Shown here in pieces: positions 63,321 through 64,000 of a stretch of 64,000 nt of DNA. Position numbers and translations under genes: made by a program. Below the pieces are notes generated by a model. That model ran no database searches. It had not been told where the DNA came from and saw nothing but the letters and a program-made list of their open reading frames with translations. How positions within the stretch are numbered: the first letter of the stretch is position 1; every line of letters begins with the position of its first letter. This DNA comes from Obrimoposthia wandeli (Eukaryota), in assembly GCA_977020255.1 (NCBI GenBank), contig CDROCS010000636.1, positions 1 to 64,000 of the forward strand, read 5' to 3'.

Positions 63321-64000
63321 TTATGGATGTTTCGATACATGGAGAAACACTAGGAAAATTATCGTTCACCATTAGAAAATTGCGTTTAAACTAAATTAGA
63401 TAAATTGATCAATTTACGTTGTTTTTTAAAATTTCAATAATTAGTAATGCACCATACAAGTAGAGCAGTCTCAGTCCAGCGAGCTAATTATAAGAACAGT
63501 TAGTAACATTCCTACATCATCATTTTCTTTGAATTGAAATGTACCAAAATTATAAAAAAGTTTAAATCCTTACAGATTATGGAATCGAATTAATTTATAT
63601 AAATATAGATACTGCATCCCAAAACGATTTCCCTATCTACATTGTTATATGAAACTTTAAATGTTTATATTGCAATGGCTTGAAATTTAGATAGGTTGGA
63701 GTTAACATAATTGTTAATGTTTATCGAAGGAAATATTTCGTTAAGGTTTCGTGTAGCCATATAAATAAAAAGAAATTTTAAATAATTAATTTGTCTCAAA
63801 AAGATTTCCCTATGACATATATTAACACAAATTAAACAAAAGCAAAAAGCAAAAGTCAAAATATTCTCAGTATTTCTTCAGTCAAATATGATTCATTATT
63901 TTTAACTTCCTTCAAACATTTTTCTGGAAACATCTTGAAAAGTTCTTTTACGTCGTTTTCAGATAACTTATTCCATTCTTTAATATTTGCTCTGTGTCTT

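Overview
AT-rich eukaryotic (invertebrate-like) genomic window with spliceosomal introns. Main feature: a giant ~24-kb Ty3/Gypsy LTR retroelement (5064-29034, + strand) with 2.1-2.3-kb LTRs and an elongator-tRNA-Met-like PBS. Its probably once-continuous polyprotein reads: Gag (capsid + CCHC), ubiquitin-like domain, Bcl-2-like domain, chuvirus-type envelope glycoprotein, protease 1, BIR-BIR-RING (IAP), protease 2, RT, RNase H, integrase, three TIG/IPT-like repeats, a dual-specificity phosphatase, a dead phosphatase, and several membrane proteins. Three separate RING-H2 genes follow, each with a splice acceptor right before its ATG. This cargo resembles the apoptosis/immune-modulating toolkit of large DNA viruses. 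Directly downstream lies a Polinton/adintovirus-type protein-primed DNA polymerase B with an EndoVII-like insertion (29224-32862). It is followed by phased iteron-like repeats and a 64-bp-arm terminal hairpin, which suggests an integrated end of a hairpin-terminated linear replicon. The rest holds exons of unidentified host gene(s), mostly minus strand, plus hAT, mariner and Chapaev-like remnants, MITEs and a minisatellite with embedded 61-bp TIR elements. Caveats: all domain calls are by eye without database searches. The 5' half of the retroelement has many indels that may be long-read errors. The flanks lack a target-site duplication, so the element may be a recombinant or a chimeric assembly.
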